64,000 bases of DNA from Heptranchias perlo (lineage: Eukaryota), in the NCBI RefSeq assembly GCF_035084215.1, contig NC_090325.1, positions 162,440,001 through 162,504,000 of the forward strand, read 5' to 3'. Below are positions 62,080-64,000 of this stretch, piece by piece. Numbering within the stretch: position 1 is the first letter of the stretch; each line of letters begins with the position of its first letter. The notes below the pieces were generated by a model that was given only the letters and a program-made list of their open reading frames with translations, did not search any database and was not told the origin of the DNA. Position numbers and translations under genes: made by a program.

Positions 62080-64000
62080 AGGAACATAGGAACAGGAGTA
62101 GGCCATTTAGCCCCTTGAGCCTGTTCCGCCATTCAATGAGATAATGGCTGATCTGTGACCAAACTCCATCTCCCTGCCTTAGCTCCATATCCCTTAATAC
62201 CTTTGGTTAACAAAAATCTATCAATCTCAGATTTAAAATGAACAATTAAGCTAGCATCAACTGCCGTTTGCGGAAGAGAGTTCCAAACTTCTACTACCCT
62301 TGGCATGTGTTTCCTAACTTCACCCCTGAAAGTCCTGGCTCTAATTTTTAGGTTACACCCCCTAATCCTAGACTCCCCAACCAGCGGAAATAATTTCTCT
62401 CTATCTACCCTATCAGTTCCCCTTAATATCTTGGAAACTTCAATAAAATCACCCCTTAATCTTCTAAATTCCGGGGAATACAACCCTTGTTTGTGTAATC
62501 ACTCCTCATAATTTAACCCTTGGAGTCCAGGAATCATTCTAGTAAATCTACGCTGCACTCCCTCCGAAGCCAATATATCCTTCCTAGGGTACAGTGCCCA
62601 GAACTGAACACAGTACTCCAGGTGCGGTCTAACCAGGGCCGTAGCACAACTTCTACCCCCTTGTATTCTAGTCCTCGAGATATAAAGGCCAGCATTCCAT
62701 TAGCCTTTTTGATTATTTTCTGTACATGTCAATGACATTTTAATGATTTTTGTACATGGATCCCTAAGTCTCTTTGGACCTCCACCGTTTCAAAATTTCA
62801 CCGTTTACAAAGTACTCTGATCTATCCTTTTTTGGTCTAATGTGGATGACCTCACACTTGCCTACATTGAAATCCATTTGCAACAGTTTTCATTCACTTA
62901 ATCTATTAATATCTCTCTGTAACTTTACGCTTCCATCTACATTGCTTACAATGCTGCCTATCTTTGTGTCATCGGCAAACTTAGATATGTGGCTCTCTAT
63001 CCTGTCATCTAAGTCATTAATAAAGACAGTGAATAGTTGAGGCCCCAACACAGGTCCCTGTGGGACACCACTAGTCACATCCTGCCAATTTGAGTACCTG
63101 CCCATTATCCCTTTTGGATTCCCTTTTATGTTACCCACTAATCTTTTTGCATACGCTCCCTTTGCCACTCTTCTGTCCTTTTTCAGTTCTCCTCTGAATG
63201 TTTTGTATTCAACGTGGTTCTCTACTGTATTATGAGCCTGAGATTTATCATAAGCCTCCATTTTCTGTTTCATTTTAATCTCCATATCTTTAGTCATCCA
63301 GGCAGCTCTAGTTTTGAATGGCCTTCCTTTCCCCCTCGAGGGAAAGTGCCTAGCCTGTACTCAAACTATCTTCTCTTTGAAGGCCTCCCATTGCTCATTT
63401 ACTGTTTTACCTGCCAATCTTTAATTTCAATCCACCTGGGCCAGATCCACTTTCAATTCACTGAAATTAGCTCTCCTCCAGTTGAGTATTTTCATGTTTG
63501 ATTTTTCCTTATCCTTTTCCATAACTATTCTAAACCTAATGATATTGTGATCACTGTTTCCCAAATGCTCCCCAACTGAAGCATGCTCCACTTGCCCCAT
63601 TTCATTCCCCAGAAACAGATCCAGCACTGCTTCCTTCCTCGTTGGACTAGAAACATACTCTTGTACACATTTCAGGAATTCATCCCCTCTTTGTCCTTAA
63701 CACTGTTATTTTCCCAGTCTATGTTAGGATAATTGAAGTCCCCCATTATCAATATTCTAAAATTCTTGCAGCTTTCTGCAATTTGCCTTCAAATTTGCTC
63801 CTCTATCTCCTTCCCATTATTTGGTGGCCTATAATGTATACCTAGGAGTGTAATTGCTCCTCTATTGTTCCTGAATTCTAACCAAATAGATTCTGTCTTT
63901 GATCCTTCAAATCCATCATCCTTTTCCATTATTGTAACAGTATCTTTGATCAATATTGCCATCCCTTGCCCCTCCTATTTTTATTTCCCTATCTTTCCTG
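62080..64000 (-). mobile_element. CR1 LINE, decayed, runs off the window
   Basis: 3' UTR at ~62080; RT (PQGPVLGP, FADD) and EN (SDHN, GDFN) remnants. Confidence 0.9.

Overview
Eukaryotic, transposon-dense DNA, almost certainly from a cartilaginous fish (shark). The organism is inferred from the TE repertoire (CR1 LINEs with (ATTCTATG)n or (TTCTTATG)n tails, L2, a Deu-domain SINE, Penelope elements, Harbinger elements) and from the one host gene. That gene is largely missed by the ORF track: a complete 4-exon immunoglobulin J chain gene (JCHAIN, + strand; coding exons 39127-39193, 47692-47818, 57045-57125, 60921-61179; 177 aa). It has canonical GT-AG introns of phase 1,2,2, all 8 J-chain cysteines, the NIS glycosylation site and an unusual 30-aa C-terminal extension. 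The rest is mostly nested TEs: (1) many CR1 copies, including a near full-length copy with both ORFs open in JCHAIN intron 2, where ORF1 and ORF2 are joined by a conserved U_UUA_AAC -1 frameshift-type heptamer; (2) a second CR1-group (Zenon-like) LINE family; (3) three Harbinger families with Myb/SANT and HARBI1-type genes; (4) Penelope ends carrying minimal hammerhead ribozymes, one as a perfect 94-bp palindrome and one in sense orientation in JCHAIN intron 1; (5) a ~6-kb 30-bp minisatellite that appears to have grown out of an L2 element and was later split by a young CR1. TE boundaries are approximate unless a target-site duplication (TSD) is given. TE family names come from motif recognition, not database searches.
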